Source: Escherichia phage vB_EcoM_G2540-3. Taken from it: DNA of 64,000 bases. The notes under the pieces were generated by a model. It did no database searches. It was not told the origin of the DNA and saw only the letters and a program-made list of their open reading frames with translations. Positions 43,228 through 55,006 of this stretch are shown piece by piece. The stretch is from sequence record MK327944.1; one strand, 5' to 3'. A program made the translations under genes and the position numbers. How positions within the stretch are numbered: position 1 is the stretch's first letter; the number at the start of each line of letters is the position of its first letter.

Positions 43228-43562
43228 AGTAGAAAATCTAATGTATTAGTTTTTTCACAACGAACAACAGAAGGACGTAAAAGATTTTCGTCAATAGCTT
43301 CTGACTGAATTTTTTCAATTATACCCGAAGGAATAAATTTAGCAAATTGAGTTTCAGGAATAGAATTTTCTTCCAAGAATGCTGTTGTAGCTTCAAGATA
43401 ACTCATTCCAAATTCTTCTACCATTTTTTCAATAATAAATCCATTTTCTTGGCGGTCAAGAAGTTTTGCTATTTCATCCTTTTCTTTCTTAATTGAAAGT
43501 TCTTTTTCTGAAAGACCGGTCTCATCGACCGGACGAATATCATTTAGAGAAAACTGTGTCAT
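43224..43562 (-). CDS. 33: Late transcription co-activator gp33
   Basis: 112 aa from ATG at 43562 (MTQFSLNDIRPVDE…); track ORF starts at TTG. Confidence 0.8.
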   Translation of the reverse strand: MTQFSLNDIRPVDETGLSEKELSIKKEKDEIAKLLDRQENGFIIEKMVEEFGMSYLEATTAFLEENSIPETQFAKFIPSGIIEKIQSEAIDENLLRPSVVRCEKTNTLDFLL

Positions 43563-43809
43563 AAAGTTCAACTACCTCTTCAGTTTCAGCTTCAAACACA
43601 TCACGGTTATCTTTATGATACAAAGCTAATAGACGATTAAACATCTTACCATCAACGCCAAGTTCATCTTTAGCACGAATTCGAATATCTTTAATCAATT
43701 CATTATAACCGGAAATTTTCAGTTTATGGTCAGATGCTTCTTTGATAAATTTAGCCAAGTCTTCGCCATGGATAGCTTCATCAAATTCGACCATTTCTTT
43801 TTTAGCCAT
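43540..43809 (-). CDS. dsbA: Double-stranded DNA-binding protein DsbA
   Basis: 89 aa, position between 33 and rnh. Confidence 0.75.
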   Translation of the reverse strand: MAKKEMVEFDEAIHGEDLAKFIKEASDHKLKISGYNELIKDIRIRAKDELGVDGKMFNRLLALYHKDNRDVFEAETEEVVELYDTVFSK

Positions 43810-43817
43810 TATTCACC

Positions 43818-44735
43818 TCAAAATTCATTAATGCTATTAGTTAATTTAGAAAGACCCGCTTTTACAAAATATGAATAAATTTTGCCACGCGGTGGTAATT
43901 TATATGAATTATAGTAATTCACAATGTTTGAAGCAATATTATCAGGAATATAATCAAAATCAATTAGAACTAAATTTTCTTTGTATCGATTGTATTCAGA
44001 TTCGGTGAGAAGCACCTTAGCTTGCTCACGGTCATTAGCAATAGCTTCAACAATAGAGGTTTTCATTGAAGGAGTTCGTTCACCTTCAACTCTAGTAAAC
44101 CAAAAGTCAGATCGTACTTTAACTGAAGCAACGTTATCCTTTTTGTCGCCTTTAAGGATTTTAGTCATGCAATCAATTTCAGCAGAACCGCTTTTAATTT
44201 TAACCCATTTCTTATGCATCGGTGACCATTGCTTAACATTTGGATATTTGTGAAGTTGAGTAAAGTCACCATCCGACGAAATGATTAAAATCTTATGTCC
44301 TTCTAAAGAGAATTTTTTAACAAGAACAGCAATGTGGTCATCCGCTTCATACTTATCAATATCCATAACAATGTATGGCATATAAGCTTTTAATTCATCT
44401 ATAACTTTATGACTGGATTCAAAATAACCTTCCCAGTCCCAAGTAGATTCTTCTCGTGCTTTTCCACGGTTTTTCTTGTAATAATACGCGAAATCACGAC
44501 GCCAATATCCAGATTTCGCGTTATCAATACACAGTACAATTTTAGTGTATCCAAGCGTTTTTGCTTTTTTGACATTAAACTTAATTGAGTTCAATATCAA
44601 ATGACGAACCATCGATAAATTAATTTTTTCTTTATCTGGGAAGTTTACCAGAGCAGTTGAAAGAGCAATTTGACTAAAGTCAATAAAGCAAATTCCTTCT
44701 TTGTAATCTTCATCCAGCATCATTTCTAAATCCAT
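43818..44735 (-). CDS. rnh: RNase H (5'-3' exonuclease, FEN family)
   Basis: 305 aa from MDLEMMLDEDYKEG…; position before tail-fibre gene 34. Confidence 0.88.
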   Translation of the reverse strand: MDLEMMLDEDYKEGICFIDFSQIALSTALVNFPDKEKINLSMVRHLILNSIKFNVKKAKTLGYTKIVLCIDNAKSGYWRRDFAYYYKKNRGKAREESTWDWEGYFESSHKVIDELKAYMPYIVMDIDKYEADDHIAVLVKKFSLEGHKILIISSDGDFTQLHKYPNVKQWSPMHKKWVKIKSGSAEIDCMTKILKGDKKDNVASVKVRSDFWFTRVEGERTPSMKTSIVEAIANDREQAKVLLTESEYNRYKENLVLIDFDYIPDNIASNIVNYYNSYKLPPRGKIYSYFVKAGLSKLTNSINEF

Positions 44736-44797
44736 ATGAACCTCGTTCAATTAGTGAGATTTCTATTATATACTATCTAAATCTTAAAGTAAACAGG

Positions 44798-44805
44798 TAT
44801 AAATA
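44798..44805 (+). promoter_or_regulatory. T4 late promoter TATAAATA for gene 34
   Basis: Exact TATAAATA about 35 nt upstream of the gene 34 ATG. Confidence 0.65.
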
Positions 44806-44839
44806 CTTATTATTGAAAACACAATAGGAGCCCGGGAGA

Positions 44840-47800
44840 ATGGCCGAGATTAAAAGAAAGTTCAGAGCAGAAGATGGTCTGGACGCAGGTGGCGATAAAA
44901 TAATCAACGTAGCTTTAGCTGACCGTACCGTAGGAACTGACGGTGTTAACGTTGATTACTTAATTCAAGAAAACACAGTTCAGCAATATGATCCAACTCG
45001 TGGATATTTAAAAGATTTTGTAATCATTTATAATAATCGTTTTTGGGCAGCAACGGATAATATTCCAAAACCTGCTGGAAATTTTAATAGAATTCGTTGG
45101 AAAGCATTACGTACTGATGCCGTATATACAACCGTATCATCTGGACCATATCAATTAAAATCCGGAGAAGCAATTTCAGTAGATACATCAGTTGGCAATG
45201 ACATTGAGTTTACTTTACCACCTTCTCCGCTTGATGGAGAAACCGTAATAATTCAAGATATCGGTGGAAAACCTGGCATAAATCAGGTTAAAATAAATTC
45301 TTCAAATCAGAGTATTGTCAATTTTAGAGGTGAACAGGTACGTTCAGTTTTAATGACTCATCCAAAGTCACAGATGATATTCATTTTTAATAATCGTTTG
45401 TGGCAAATGTATGTTGCTGATTATAGCAGAGAAGCTGCGATTGTTACTCCATCGACTGCGTATCAAGCACAATCTAATGATTTTATCGTACGTAGATTTA
45501 CTTCTGCTGCACCAATTAATGTTAAACTTCCGAGATTTGCTAATCATGGCGATATTATTAATTTCGTTGATTTAGATAAACTGAATCCACTTTATCATAC
45601 AATTGTTACTACATACGATGAAACGACTTCAGTACAAGAAGTTGGAACTCATTCCATTGAAGGCCGTACATCGATTGACGGTTTCTTGATGTTTGACGAT
45701 AATGAGAAATTGTGGAGATTGTTTGACGGGGATAGTAAAGCACGTTTACGCATTATAACAACTAATTCAAATATTCGTCCAAATGAAGAAGTCATGGTAT
45801 TTGGCGCGAATAATGGAACAACCCAAACAATTGAACTTCAGCTTCCGACTGATATTTCTGTTGGTGATACTGTTAAAATTTCCATGAATTACATGAGAAA
45901 AGGACAAACAGTTAAAATCAAAGCTGCTGGTGAAGATAAAATTGCTTCTTCAGTTCAATTGCTGCAATTCCCAAAACGTTCAGAATATCCGCCTGAAGCT
46001 GAATGGGTAACAGTTCAAGAATTAGTTTTTAATGGTGAAACTAATTATGTACCAGTTTTGCAACTTGCTTATATAGAAGATTCTGATGGAAAATACTGGG
46101 TTGTACAGCAAAACGTTCCAACAGTTGAAAGAGTCGATTCTTTAAATAATTCTACTAGAGCAAGATTAGGCGTAATTGCTTTAGCTACACAAGCTCAAGC
46201 AAATGCTGATTTAGAAAATTCTCCACAAAAAGAATTAGCAATTACTCCAGAAACGTTAGCTAATCGTACTGCTACTGAAACTCGCAGAGGTATTGCAAGA
46301 ATAGCAACTACTGCTCAAGTAAATCAGAACACCACATTCTCTTTTGCAGATGACCTTATCATCACTCCTAAAAAGCTGAATGAAAGAACTGCTACAGAAA
46401 CTCGTAGAGGTGTTGCTGAAATTGCTACGCAGCAGGAAACTAATACAGGTATCGATGATACTACAATCATCACTCCTAAAAAGCTTCAAGCTCGTCAAGG
46501 TTCTGAAACATTATCGGGTATTGTAACTTTTGTATCTACTGCAGGAGCTACTCCAGCTTCTAGTCGTGAATTAAATGGTACAAATGTTTATAATAAAAAC
46601 ACTAATAATTTAGTTGTTTCACCTAAAGCTTTGGATCAGTATAAAGCTACTCCAACGCAACAAGGCGCAGTAATTTTAGCAGTTGAAAGTGAAGTAATTG
46701 CTGGACAAAGCCAAGAAGGATGGGCAAATGCGGTTGTAACACCAGAAACGTTACATAAAAAGACATCAACTGATGGAAGAATTGGTTTAATTGAAATTGC
46801 TACGCAAAGCGAAGTTAATACAGGAACTGATTATACTCGCGCAGTCACTCCTAAAACTTTAAATGACCGTAGAGCAACTGAAAGTTTAAGTGGTATAGCT
46901 GAAATTGCTACGCAAGTTGAATTCGACGCAGGCGTCGACGATACTCGTATCTCTACACCATTAAAAATTAAAACCAGATTTAATAGTACTGATCGTACTT
47001 CTGTTGTTGCTCTATCTGGATTAGTTGAATCAGGAACTCTCTGGGACCATTATACCCTTAATATTCTTGAAGCAAATGAGACACAGCGTGGTACACTTCG
47101 TGTAGCTACACAAGTTGAAGCTGCTGCAGGAACATTGGATAATGTTCTAATAACTCCTAAAAAGCTTTTAGGTACTAAATCTACTGAAGCACAGGAAGGC
47201 GTTATTAAAGTTGCAACTCGGTCTGAAACTGTAGCTGGAACGTCAGCAAATACTGCTGTATCTCCAAAAAATTTAAAATGGATTGTGCAGAGTGAACCTA
47301 CTTGGGCAGCGACTACTGCGATAAGAGGTTTTGTTAAAACTTCGTCTGGTTCAATTACATTCGTTGGTAATGATACAGCTGGTTCAACACAGCCATTAGA
47401 ATCATATGAGAAAAATGGTTATGCAGTATCACCATATGAATTAAATCGCGTATTAGCAAATTATTTGCCATTAAAAGCAAAAGCCGTAGATAGTAATTTA
47501 TTAGATGGTCTAGATTCGCTCCAGTTCATTCGTAGGGACATTGCACAAACAGTTAATGGTTCACTAACCTTAACCCAACAAACGAATCTGAGTGCCCCTC
47601 TTGTATCATCTAGTACTGCTACATTCGGTGGATCAGTTTCAGCAAATAGTACATTAACTATTTCTAATACTGGAACGGCAACTCGTCTGATTTTTGAGAA
47701 AGGACCTCAAACTGGAACAAACCCGGCTCAAACGATGACAGTCAGAGTGTGGGGAAATCAATTTAGCGGGGAATCAGACACAACACGTTCTACCGTATTT

Positions 47801-48709
47801 GAAGTTAGTGATGAAACGTCTAGTCATTTTTATTCTCAGCGTAATAAAGCTGGAAATATAACATTTAATATCAACGGTACAGTAACACCGATAAATGTTA
47901 ATGCTTCAGGAACATTGAATGCAAATGGTGTAGCAACATTTGGTAATTCAGTCACTGCAACTGGTGAAATTATTTCTCGAAGCGCAAATGCTTTCCGTGC
48001 TATTAACGGAAATTATGGTTTCATTGTTCGCAATGATGGATCAGTAACGAATTTTATGCTTACTGCATCGGGTGATCAGACTGGTGGATTTAATGGATTA
48101 CGTCCAGTATCAATTAATAATCAATCTGGTCAGGTTACAATTGGTGAAAGCTTAATCATTGCAAAAGGTGCTACTATAAGTTCAGGCGGTTTAACTGTTA
48201 ACTCGAGAATTCGTTCTCAAGGTACTAAAACTTCTGATTTATACACTCGCGCACCAACATCTGATACAGTAGGATTCTGGTCAATTGATATTAATGATTC
48301 AGCCACTTATAATCAATTCCCTGGTTATTTTAAAATGGTTGAAAAAACTAATGAAGTGACTGGTCTTCCATATTTAGAACGTGGCGAAGAAGTTAAATCT
48401 CCTGGTACATTGACTCAGTTTGGTAACACACTTGATTCACTTTACCAAGATTGGATTACTTATCCAACGACCCCAGAAGCACGTACCACTCGCTGGACAC
48501 GTACATGGCAGAAAACCAAAAACTCTTGGTCAAGTTTTGTTCAGGTATTTGACGGAGGTAACCCTCCTCAACCTTCAGATATAGGAGCGATCCCATCTGA
48601 TAATGGAATAATAGGTAATCTTACTATTCGCGATTTCTTGCGAATTGGTAATGTTCGCATTATTCCTGACCCAGTGAATAAAACTGTTAAATTTGAGTGG
48701 ATTGAATAA
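44840..48709 (+). CDS. 34: Long tail fibre proximal subunit gp34
   Basis: 1289 aa, same length as T4 gp34; repetitive …ETRRGIA.IAT… motifs. Confidence 0.93.
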   Translation: MAEIKRKFRAEDGLDAGGDKIINVALADRTVGTDGVNVDYLIQENTVQQYDPTRGYLKDFVIIYNNRFWAATDNIPKPAGNFNRIRWKALRTDAVYTTVSSGPYQLKSGEAISVDTSVGNDIEFTLPPSPLDGETVIIQDIGGKPGINQVKINSSNQSIVNFRGEQVRSVLMTHPKSQMIFIFNNRLWQMYVADYSREAAIVTPSTAYQAQSNDFIVRRFTSAAPINVKLPRFANHGDIINFVDLDKLNPLYHTIVTTYDETTSVQEVGTHSIEGRTSIDGFLMFDDNEKLWRLFDGDSKARLRIITTNSNIRPNEEVMVFGANNGTTQTIELQLPTDISVGDTVKISMNYMRKGQTVKIKAAGEDKIASSVQLLQFPKRSEYPPEAEWVTVQELVFNGETNYVPVLQLAYIEDSDGKYWVVQQNVPTVERVDSLNNSTRARLGVIALATQAQANADLENSPQKELAITPETLANRTATETRRGIARIATTAQVNQNTTFSFADDLIITPKKLNERTATETRRGVAEIATQQETNTGIDDTTIITPKKLQARQGSETLSGIVTFVSTAGATPASSRELNGTNVYNKNTNNLVVSPKALDQYKATPTQQGAVILAVESEVIAGQSQEGWANAVVTPETLHKKTSTDGRIGLIEIATQSEVNTGTDYTRAVTPKTLNDRRATESLSGIAEIATQVEFDAGVDDTRISTPLKIKTRFNSTDRTSVVALSGLVESGTLWDHYTLNILEANETQRGTLRVATQVEAAAGTLDNVLITPKKLLGTKSTEAQEGVIKVATRSETVAGTSANTAVSPKNLKWIVQSEPTWAATTAIRGFVKTSSGSITFVGNDTAGSTQPLESYEKNGYAVSPYELNRVLANYLPLKAKAVDSNLLDGLDSLQFIRRDIAQTVNGSLTLTQQTNLSAPLVSSSTATFGGSVSANSTLTISNTGTATRLIFEKGPQTGTNPAQTMTVRVWGNQFSGESDTTRSTVFEVSDETSSHFYSQRNKAGNITFNINGTVTPINVNASGTLNANGVATFGNSVTATGEIISRSANAFRAINGNYGFIVRNDGSVTNFMLTASGDQTGGFNGLRPVSINNQSGQVTIGESLIIAKGATISSGGLTVNSRIRSQGTKTSDLYTRAPTSDTVGFWSIDINDSATYNQFPGYFKMVEKTNEVTGLPYLERGEEVKSPGTLTQFGNTLDSLYQDWITYPTTPEARTTRWTRTWQKTKNSWSSFVQVFDGGNPPQPSDIGAIPSDNGIIGNLTIRDFLRIGNVRIIPDPVNKTVKFEWIE

Positions 48710-48717
48710 GAGGTATT

Positions 48718-49833
48718 ATGGAAAAATTTATGGCAGAGTTTGGACAAGGATATGTCCAAACGCCATTTTTATCGGAAAGCAATTCAGTAAGATATAAAAT
48801 AAGCATAGCGGGTTCTTGCCCGCTTTCTACTGCGGGGCCATATGTTAAATTTCAGGATAATCCCGTTGGAAATCAAACATTTAGTGCAGGTCTTCATTTA
48901 AGAGTTTTTGACCCTTCTACGGGAGCATTAGTTGATAGCAAGTCATATGCTTTTTCTGCTTCAAACAATACAACATCTGCCGCTTTTGTTAGTTTCATGA
49001 ATTCTTTGTCAAACAATAGACTTGTTGCTATATTAACTAGCGGAAAGGTTAATTTTCCTCCTGAAGTGGTATCTTGGTTAAGGGGAGCAGGAACTTCAGT
49101 TTTTCCATCAGATTCAGTATTGTCAAGATTTGACGTATCATATGCTGCTTTTTATACTTCTTCTAAAAGAGCTATTGCATTAGAGCATGTTAAACTAAGT
49201 AATAGAAAAAGCACAGATGATTATCAAACTATTTTAGATGTTGTATTTGATAGTTTAGAAGACGTCGGAGCGACAGGATTTCCAAAAAGAACTTATGAAA
49301 GTGTCGAGCAATTCATGTCAGCAGTTGGTGGAACTAATAACGAAATTGCGCGATTGCCAACTTCAGCTGCTATAAGTAAACTTTCTGACTATAATTTAAT
49401 TCCTGGTGATGTTCTTTATCTTAAAGCACAGTTATATGCTGATGCTGATTTACTTGATCTTGGAACTACAAACATATCCATTCGTTTTTATGATGCATCA
49501 AATGGATATATTTCCTCGACCCAAGCTGAGTTTACTGGGCAAGCTGGGTCTTGGGAATTAAAAGAAGACTATGTAGTTGTTCCAGAAAACGCCGTAGGAT
49601 TTACGATATATGCACAAAGAACTGCTCAAGCAGGTCAAGGCGGCATGAGAAATTTAAGTTTTTCTGAAGTATCAAGAAATGGCGGCATTTCAAAACCTGC
49701 CGAATTTGGCGTCAACGGTATTCGCGTTAATTATGTCTGTGAATCGGCTTCACCTCCAGATATAATGGTACTTCCTACACAAGCCTCTTCTAAAACTGGC
49801 AAAGTGTTTGGACAGGAATTTAGAGAAGTTTAA
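48718..49833 (+). CDS. 35: Long tail fibre hinge protein gp35
   Basis: 371 aa. Confidence 0.88.
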   Translation: MEKFMAEFGQGYVQTPFLSESNSVRYKISIAGSCPLSTAGPYVKFQDNPVGNQTFSAGLHLRVFDPSTGALVDSKSYAFSASNNTTSAAFVSFMNSLSNNRLVAILTSGKVNFPPEVVSWLRGAGTSVFPSDSVLSRFDVSYAAFYTSSKRAIALEHVKLSNRKSTDDYQTILDVVFDSLEDVGATGFPKRTYESVEQFMSAVGGTNNEIARLPTSAAISKLSDYNLIPGDVLYLKAQLYADADLLDLGTTNISIRFYDASNGYISSTQAEFTGQAGSWELKEDYVVVPENAVGFTIYAQRTAQAGQGGMRNLSFSEVSRNGGISKPAEFGVNGIRVNYVCESASPPDIMVLPTQASSKTGKVFGQEFREV

Positions 49834-49837
49834 ACTG

Positions 49838-49865
49838 AGGGAGCCTTCGGGTTCCCTTTTTCTTT
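49838..49865 (+). terminator. Intrinsic terminator after gene 35 (gggagccttcgggttccc plus T-run), overlapping late promoter TATAAATA (49865-49872) for gene 36
   Basis: Hairpin plus T-run; TATAAATA box immediately follows. Confidence 0.6.
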
Positions 49866-49895
49866 ATAAATAATATTAAAATAAAGGGGCATATA

Positions 49896-50546
49896 ATGGC
49901 TGATTTAAAAGTAGGTTCAACTGTAGGTGGATCTGTCATTTGGCATCAAGGAAATTTTCCATTGAATTCAGCCGGTGACGATGTACTCTACAAATCATTT
50001 AAAATATATTCAGAATATAATAAACCGCAGGCAGCTGATAACGATTTCGTTTCTAAAGCTAATGGTGGTACTTACACCGGTCCAATTACTATTAATTACG
50101 GGGTAAATAGTTATCTTCAATTAAGTAATAATGAAACCCCCATCCGAATTCGTTCTGGTGGCGGCACTGGTAATACTCTTGTAGTTGGTGGCTCTTCTGG
50201 CGGTATTAGTTTTAGACCAGCAGGTAGTGAAATCACTACTGGACAAATTACTATTACGCCAGAAGGTTTGACAACATTTACCAAAGCTGTAACGGCTCCA
50301 TCTGTAACTGTTACATCTACTCCTTCCGCAGCATCTGATGTTACTCGCAAAGATTATGTTGATGGAGCAATAAATACTGTTACAGCAAATGCAAACTCTA
50401 GGGTATTACGCTCTGGAGACACTATGACAGGAAATTTAACTGCGCCAAACCTTTTTTCACAGAATCCTGCATCTCAACCTTCACACGTTCCACGATTTGA
50501 CCAAATCGTAATTAAGGATTCTGTTCAAGATTTCGGCTATTATTAA
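49896..50546 (+). CDS. 36: Long tail fibre distal connector gp36
   Basis: 216 aa. Confidence 0.85.
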   Translation: MADLKVGSTVGGSVIWHQGNFPLNSAGDDVLYKSFKIYSEYNKPQAADNDFVSKANGGTYTGPITINYGVNSYLQLSNNETPIRIRSGGGTGNTLVVGGSSGGISFRPAGSEITTGQITITPEGLTTFTKAVTAPSVTVTSTPSAASDVTRKDYVDGAINTVTANANSRVLRSGDTMTGNLTAPNLFSQNPASQPSHVPRFDQIVIKDSVQDFGYY

Positions 50547-50554
50547 GAGGACTT

Positions 50555-53503
50555 ATGGCTACTTTAAAACAAATACAATTTAAAAGAAGCAAAACTGCAG
50601 GTCAACGTCCTGCTGCTTCAGTATTAGCCGAAGGTGAATTGGCTATAAACTTAAAAGATAAAACAATTTTCACAAAAGATGACTCAGGCAGTGTTATAGA
50701 ATTAGGTTTAAAATATGGAGGAACAATTGATGGTTCTTTAACTGTTAATGGAAATATAATTGGAAATTTAACAGGTAACGCTGCAACTGCAACGAAATTA
50801 AAAACAGCACGAAAAATTAATGGTATATCCTTTGATGGGTCAAAAGATATCACGCTAACTCCATCTGACATAAATGTCAATAGCACAACGTTTATAAAAA
50901 ATAATGGCGAATTACCTGTTGATGCTAATTTAGATACGTATGGGCCTGTTGAAGAATATCTTGGAGTTTGGTCGAAAGCAACTTCAACCAACGCTCAACC
51001 AGCAAATAAATTTCCAGAAGAAAATGCTGTAGGTGTGCTAGAAGTATTTGTGGCCGGTCAATTTGCTGGTACTCAGAGATATACAACTAGATACGGAAAT
51101 GTTTATATTCGTTCCTTGACTGCTACATGGAACGGAGTAAACGGTCCGTGGAGTGCGTGGCGAAATATTCAATCTGGTACTCGTCCACTGTCAACAACGA
51201 TTGATCTTAATGATCTAGGAGGCGCTGAACACCTTGGTTTGTGGCGAAATAGTTCAAATTCCATTGCTACCTTTGACAGAAATTTCCCAGAAGAAGGATC
51301 GTCCGCTCAAGGACTTTTAGAAGTATATGAAGGTGGAAACTATTCTCGCACACAGAGATATACGACCAGATTTGGTGTTGTTTATACTCGTTGTCTTGCT
51401 GCTGCGTGGGATGCTTCTGCGCCTAAATGGGGACCTTGGCAACAAGTCGGTAATGTCACACCGGCGACTTTCTATGACGGAGATCTGAATGATTTTAAAA
51501 CTCCTGGGTTATATAATATTTTAGGCACTGATGCCGTTATTAACTGTCCTACCGGTGAAGGTTTGCCGACTGTTATTGTTGGTTTGCTGGAAGTTAAACA
51601 GCGTGCTTCTGGCGGTGCTATTTTCCAAAAATTTACTACTGCCGGAACGGGTGCAACTACTCGCGATCGTATTTTTGAGCGTGCATATACTGGTGGTGTG
51701 TGGGGTGCATGGAACGAAGTATATACATCTTACTCTCTGCCAATTACTTTAGGTATGGGTGGTATTAAAACTCAATTAGCGGAGCTAGATTGGCAAACAT
51801 TTGATTTTGTTCCTGGTAGTATGTTTAGCGTTCCTTTGAACAAAATAAAGAACATGCCAGCTAATATGAATTGGGGCACGATTGACGGAAACTTAATTAT
51901 GTTTTCTGTTGGTCCTAGCGAGCACACCAGCACAGGACGTACTGTTCAGGTTTGGCGTGGAACTGTATCCCAGACAAACTATCGTTATTTTGTCGTTCGT
52001 GTGTTCGGTAATTCTGGAAATAGAACTTGCACAGTTCGCCGTGTTGTTCTTGAAGATGGATCACATACTTGGACTGCTCAACAAAACTTTAGGGGATTGT
52101 TGAATATCACTGCTGCTGTTAATCTTGGTGCTAATCAGAAAATTTCACTTGCTCCAGGAGCATATATTCAAGCCCCTGCTAGCGGTTCTGGTTCTAATAC
52201 TTACGCGAATCAGAATACTACCATTGCACCATTATATCAGGCCATTGACGATTCAAATAAAAACCAGTTTGCGCCAATTGTTAAACAGAAAAACACTGTA
52301 ACAAATATTACTATGGCTTCTGGTATGGATATTGCTAGTTCAGAATATCGTATCGTTGCTCAGGGTGATTTATCCGCTACTGGAACTACAGCCACTAAAT
52401 TAGCTACATGGCGTTTCTTGCCGTCTGGCCGATTCATGTCACAAAGCCGAGTTTATGCTGGCGCAGCATTCTTGAACACTGATGGTAACATTGCTGGTTC
52501 AATCTGGAAGAAATACAACGATGCAACCAATTTAGATGCTGCCTTGAATACTCGCCTAGGTAAAGGCGGTGATACGATGACAGGTCGGTTAACAATCAAT
52601 GCACCTAATGATTCTATCGTATTATCAACAACTGCTAGTAATTCTTTGCATATTCGCGGTGACATAGACGGGACTGGTAACTGGTATATTGGCAAGGGTG
52701 GTGCTGATAATTCGCTAGCATTTTATAGCTATGCTACTCAGGCGGCAGTACATATCACAAACAATGGTGAGATTTCGCTAAATCCACAAAATATCGCAAT
52801 GGTTAACGTTAACCGCGATCGTGTACACATTAACGGTTCTGGATGGATTGCTAGACAACCGGGTGATTGGGGCAACCAATGGCGAGTAGAAGCTCCATTA
52901 TTCGTCGATCATGGTTATGTTTCACAGGATTGTTATTATCCAATTATTAAAGGAAGAAGTGTAATCACCAATCAAGGGTTTGTAACTGCCGTCGATCTTG
53001 GTATTCGTCGTGTCCCTAACAATTGGGGGCAAGCAATTATTCGTGTTGGATCTGCAGAGGCATCGCCAGCGGCTGAACACCCTAACGCGGTATTTGAATT
53101 TCATTACGACGGTACTTTCTATTCTCCTGGTAATGGTAACTTTAACGATGTGTATATTCGTTCCGATGGTCGTCTTAAGATTAATAAAAAAGAGCTAGAA
53201 AACGGAGCACTTGAAAAAGTATGTCGACTGAAAGTTTATATTTACGATAAAGTTAAGTCTATTAAAGACCGTAGTGTTATTAAACGTGAAGTTGGTATTA
53301 TTGCTCAGGACCTTGAAAAGGAATTACCGGAAGCTGTATCTAAAGTTGAAGTTGATGGATCTGATGTTCTGACAATTTCTAACTCTACAGTGAATGCTCT
53401 TTTAATTAAGGCTATTCAGGAAATGAGTGAAGAAATTAAAGAATTGAAAACGCCTCTCTTTACTAAAATTGCTCGCAAAATTAGTAAATATTTTAAATTC
53501 TAA
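50555..53503 (+). CDS. 37: Long tail fibre distal subunit gp37 with C-terminal intramolecular-chaperone-like domain
   Basis: 982 aa; C-terminus …[36 protein letters not shown]… resembles autoproteolytic chaperone modules of phage fibres. Confidence 0.88.
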   Translation: MATLKQIQFKRSKTAGQRPAASVLAEGELAINLKDKTIFTKDDSGSVIELGLKYGGTIDGSLTVNGNIIGNLTGNAATATKLKTARKINGISFDGSKDITLTPSDINVNSTTFIKNNGELPVDANLDTYGPVEEYLGVWSKATSTNAQPANKFPEENAVGVLEVFVAGQFAGTQRYTTRYGNVYIRSLTATWNGVNGPWSAWRNIQSGTRPLSTTIDLNDLGGAEHLGLWRNSSNSIATFDRNFPEEGSSAQGLLEVYEGGNYSRTQRYTTRFGVVYTRCLAAAWDASAPKWGPWQQVGNVTPATFYDGDLNDFKTPGLYNILGTDAVINCPTGEGLPTVIVGLLEVKQRASGGAIFQKFTTAGTGATTRDRIFERAYTGGVWGAWNEVYTSYSLPITLGMGGIKTQLAELDWQTFDFVPGSMFSVPLNKIKNMPANMNWGTIDGNLIMFSVGPSEHTSTGRTVQVWRGTVSQTNYRYFVVRVFGNSGNRTCTVRRVVLEDGSHTWTAQQNFRGLLNITAAVNLGANQKISLAPGAYIQAPASGSGSNTYANQNTTIAPLYQAIDDSNKNQFAPIVKQKNTVTNITMASGMDIASSEYRIVAQGDLSATGTTATKLATWRFLPSGRFMSQSRVYAGAAFLNTDGNIAGSIWKKYNDATNLDAALNTRLGKGGDTMTGRLTINAPNDSIVLSTTASNSLHIRGDIDGTGNWYIGKGGADNSLAFYSYATQAAVHITNNGEISLNPQNIAMVNVNRDRVHINGSGWIARQPGDWGNQWRVEAPLFVDHGYVSQDCYYPIIKGRSVITNQGFVTAVDLGIRRVPNNWGQAIIRVGSAEASPAAEHPNAVFEFHYDGTFYSPGNGNFNDVYIRSDGRLKINKKELENGALEKVCRLKVYIYDKVKSIKDRSVIKREVGIIAQDLEKELPEAVSKVEVDGSDVLTISNSTVNALLIKAIQEMSEEIKELKTPLFTKIARKISKYFKF

Positions 53504-53539
53504 CAACAAGGGGGAAATGCCCCCTTTGGAGTATAAATT

Positions 53540-54319
53540 ATGGCAGTAGTTGGAGTTCCTGGCTGGATTGGAAGTTCAGCCGTAAATGAAACGGGTCAGC
53601 GCTGGATGAGTCAAGCAGCTGGTCAATTAAGATTGGGTGTTCCTTGCTGGATGAGTCAATTTGCAGGTCGCTCAAGAGAAATTATTCATACACTTGGAGC
53701 AGACCATAACTTCAATGGTCAATGGTTCCGAGATAGATGTTTTGAGGCAGGTAGTACACCTATAGTGTTTAATATCACTGGAGATTTAGTATCATATTCT
53801 AAAGATGTTCCTTTATTCTTCATGTACGGAGATACACCGAATGAATATGTTCAGTTGAATATACACGGCGTAACGATGTATGGACGTGGCGGTAATGGCG
53901 GTAGCAATAGTCCTGGTTCAGCTGGAGGTCATTGTATTCAAAACGATATTGGTGGGAGACTAAGAATTAATAATGGCGGAGCTATTGCTGGAGGCGGCGG
54001 CGGCGGCGGCGGCGGCAACAGGGGTAGACTATCCTTTGACGGCGGAGGCGGTCGTCCATTTGGCGCTGGTGGGTCTTCCTCTCATATGAGTGCTGGTGCA
54101 ACCAGCGGCACTATTTACGCTCCGGGTGCAGGATCTGTCGGTGAGGGGTCTCTTAGTGCATATACAGGCGGGAATGGCGGTGAAGTTGGCTCCGCAGGAG
54201 GTAGATGTAATACTCACGGTACCGGTACAGAATATGACGGCGGTGCTGCTGGTTATGCCGTCATAGGGTCTACACCGACATGGCAAAATGTTGGAGCAAT
54301 ATATGGTCCAAGAGTATAA
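53540..54319 (+). CDS. 38: Receptor-recognising adhesin gp38, T2-type, with glycine-rich motifs
   Basis: 259 aa; conserved N-terminus [43 protein letters not shown]…, C-terminal Gly-rich segments. Confidence 0.85.
   Translation: MAVVGVPGWIGSSAVNETGQRWMSQAAGQLRLGVPCWMSQFAGRSREIIHTLGADHNFNGQWFRDRCFEAGSTPIVFNITGDLVSYSKDVPLFFMYGDTPNEYVQLNIHGVTMYGRGGNGGSNSPGSAGGHCIQNDIGGRLRINNGGAIAGGGGGGGGGNRGRLSFDGGGGRPFGAGGSSSHMSAGATSGTIYAPGAGSVGEGSLSAYTGGNGGEVGSAGGRCNTHGTGTEYDGGAAGYAVIGSTPTWQNVGAIYGPRV
53993..54016. repeat. (GGC)8 trinucleotide tract encoding poly-Gly inside gene 38
   Basis: ggcggcggcggcggcggcggcggc read directly. Confidence 0.85.
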
Positions 54320-54349
54320 TTTGAATAAATATCCTTAAAAGGAGGGTCT

Positions 54350-55006
54350 ATGGCAGCACCTAGAATATCATTTTCGCCCTCTGATATTCTGTTTGGTGTT
54401 CTAGATCGCTTGTTCAAAGATAACGCTACCGGGAAGGTTCTTGCTTCCCGAGTAGCTGTCGTAATTCTTTTATTTATGATGGCGATTGTTTGGTATAGGG
54501 GAGATAGTTTCTTTGAGTACTATAAGCAATCAAAGTATGAAACATACAGTGAAATTATTGAAAAGGAAAGAAATGCACGCTTTGAATCTGTCGCCCTGGA
54601 ACAACTCCAGATAGTTCATATATCATCTGAGGCAGACTTTAGTGCGGTGTATTCTTTCCGCCCTAAAAACTTAAACTATTTTGTTGATATTATAGCATAT
54701 GAAGGAAAATTACCTTCAACAATAAGTGAAAAATCACTTGGAGGATATCCTGTTGATAAAACTATGGATGAATATACAGTTCATTTAAATGGACGTCATT
54801 ATTATTCCGACTCAAAATTTGCTTTTTTACCAACTAAAAAGCCTACTCCCGAAATAAACTACATGTACAGTTGTCCATATTTTAATTTGGATAATATCTA
54901 TGCTGGAACGATAACCATGTACTGGTATAGAAATGATCATATAAGTAATGACCGCCTTGAATCAATATGTGCTCAGGCGGCCAGAATATTAGGAAGGGCT
55001 AAATAA
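54350..55006 (+). CDS. t: Holin T
   Basis: 218 aa, N-terminal TM segment VAVVILLFMMAIVWY, large periplasmic domain. Confidence 0.92.
   Translation: MAAPRISFSPSDILFGVLDRLFKDNATGKVLASRVAVVILLFMMAIVWYRGDSFFEYYKQSKYETYSEIIEKERNARFESVALEQLQIVHISSEADFSAVYSFRPKNLNYFVDIIAYEGKLPSTISEKSLGGYPVDKTMDEYTVHLNGRHYYSDSKFAFLPTKKPTPEINYMYSCPYFNLDNIYAGTITMYWYRNDHISNDRLESICAQAARILGRAK

Noticed and set aside
54029-54286. 85-aa minus-strand ORF inside gene 38
   Set aside because: Produced by the GC-rich glycine-codon repeats of gp38 read on the opposite strand.
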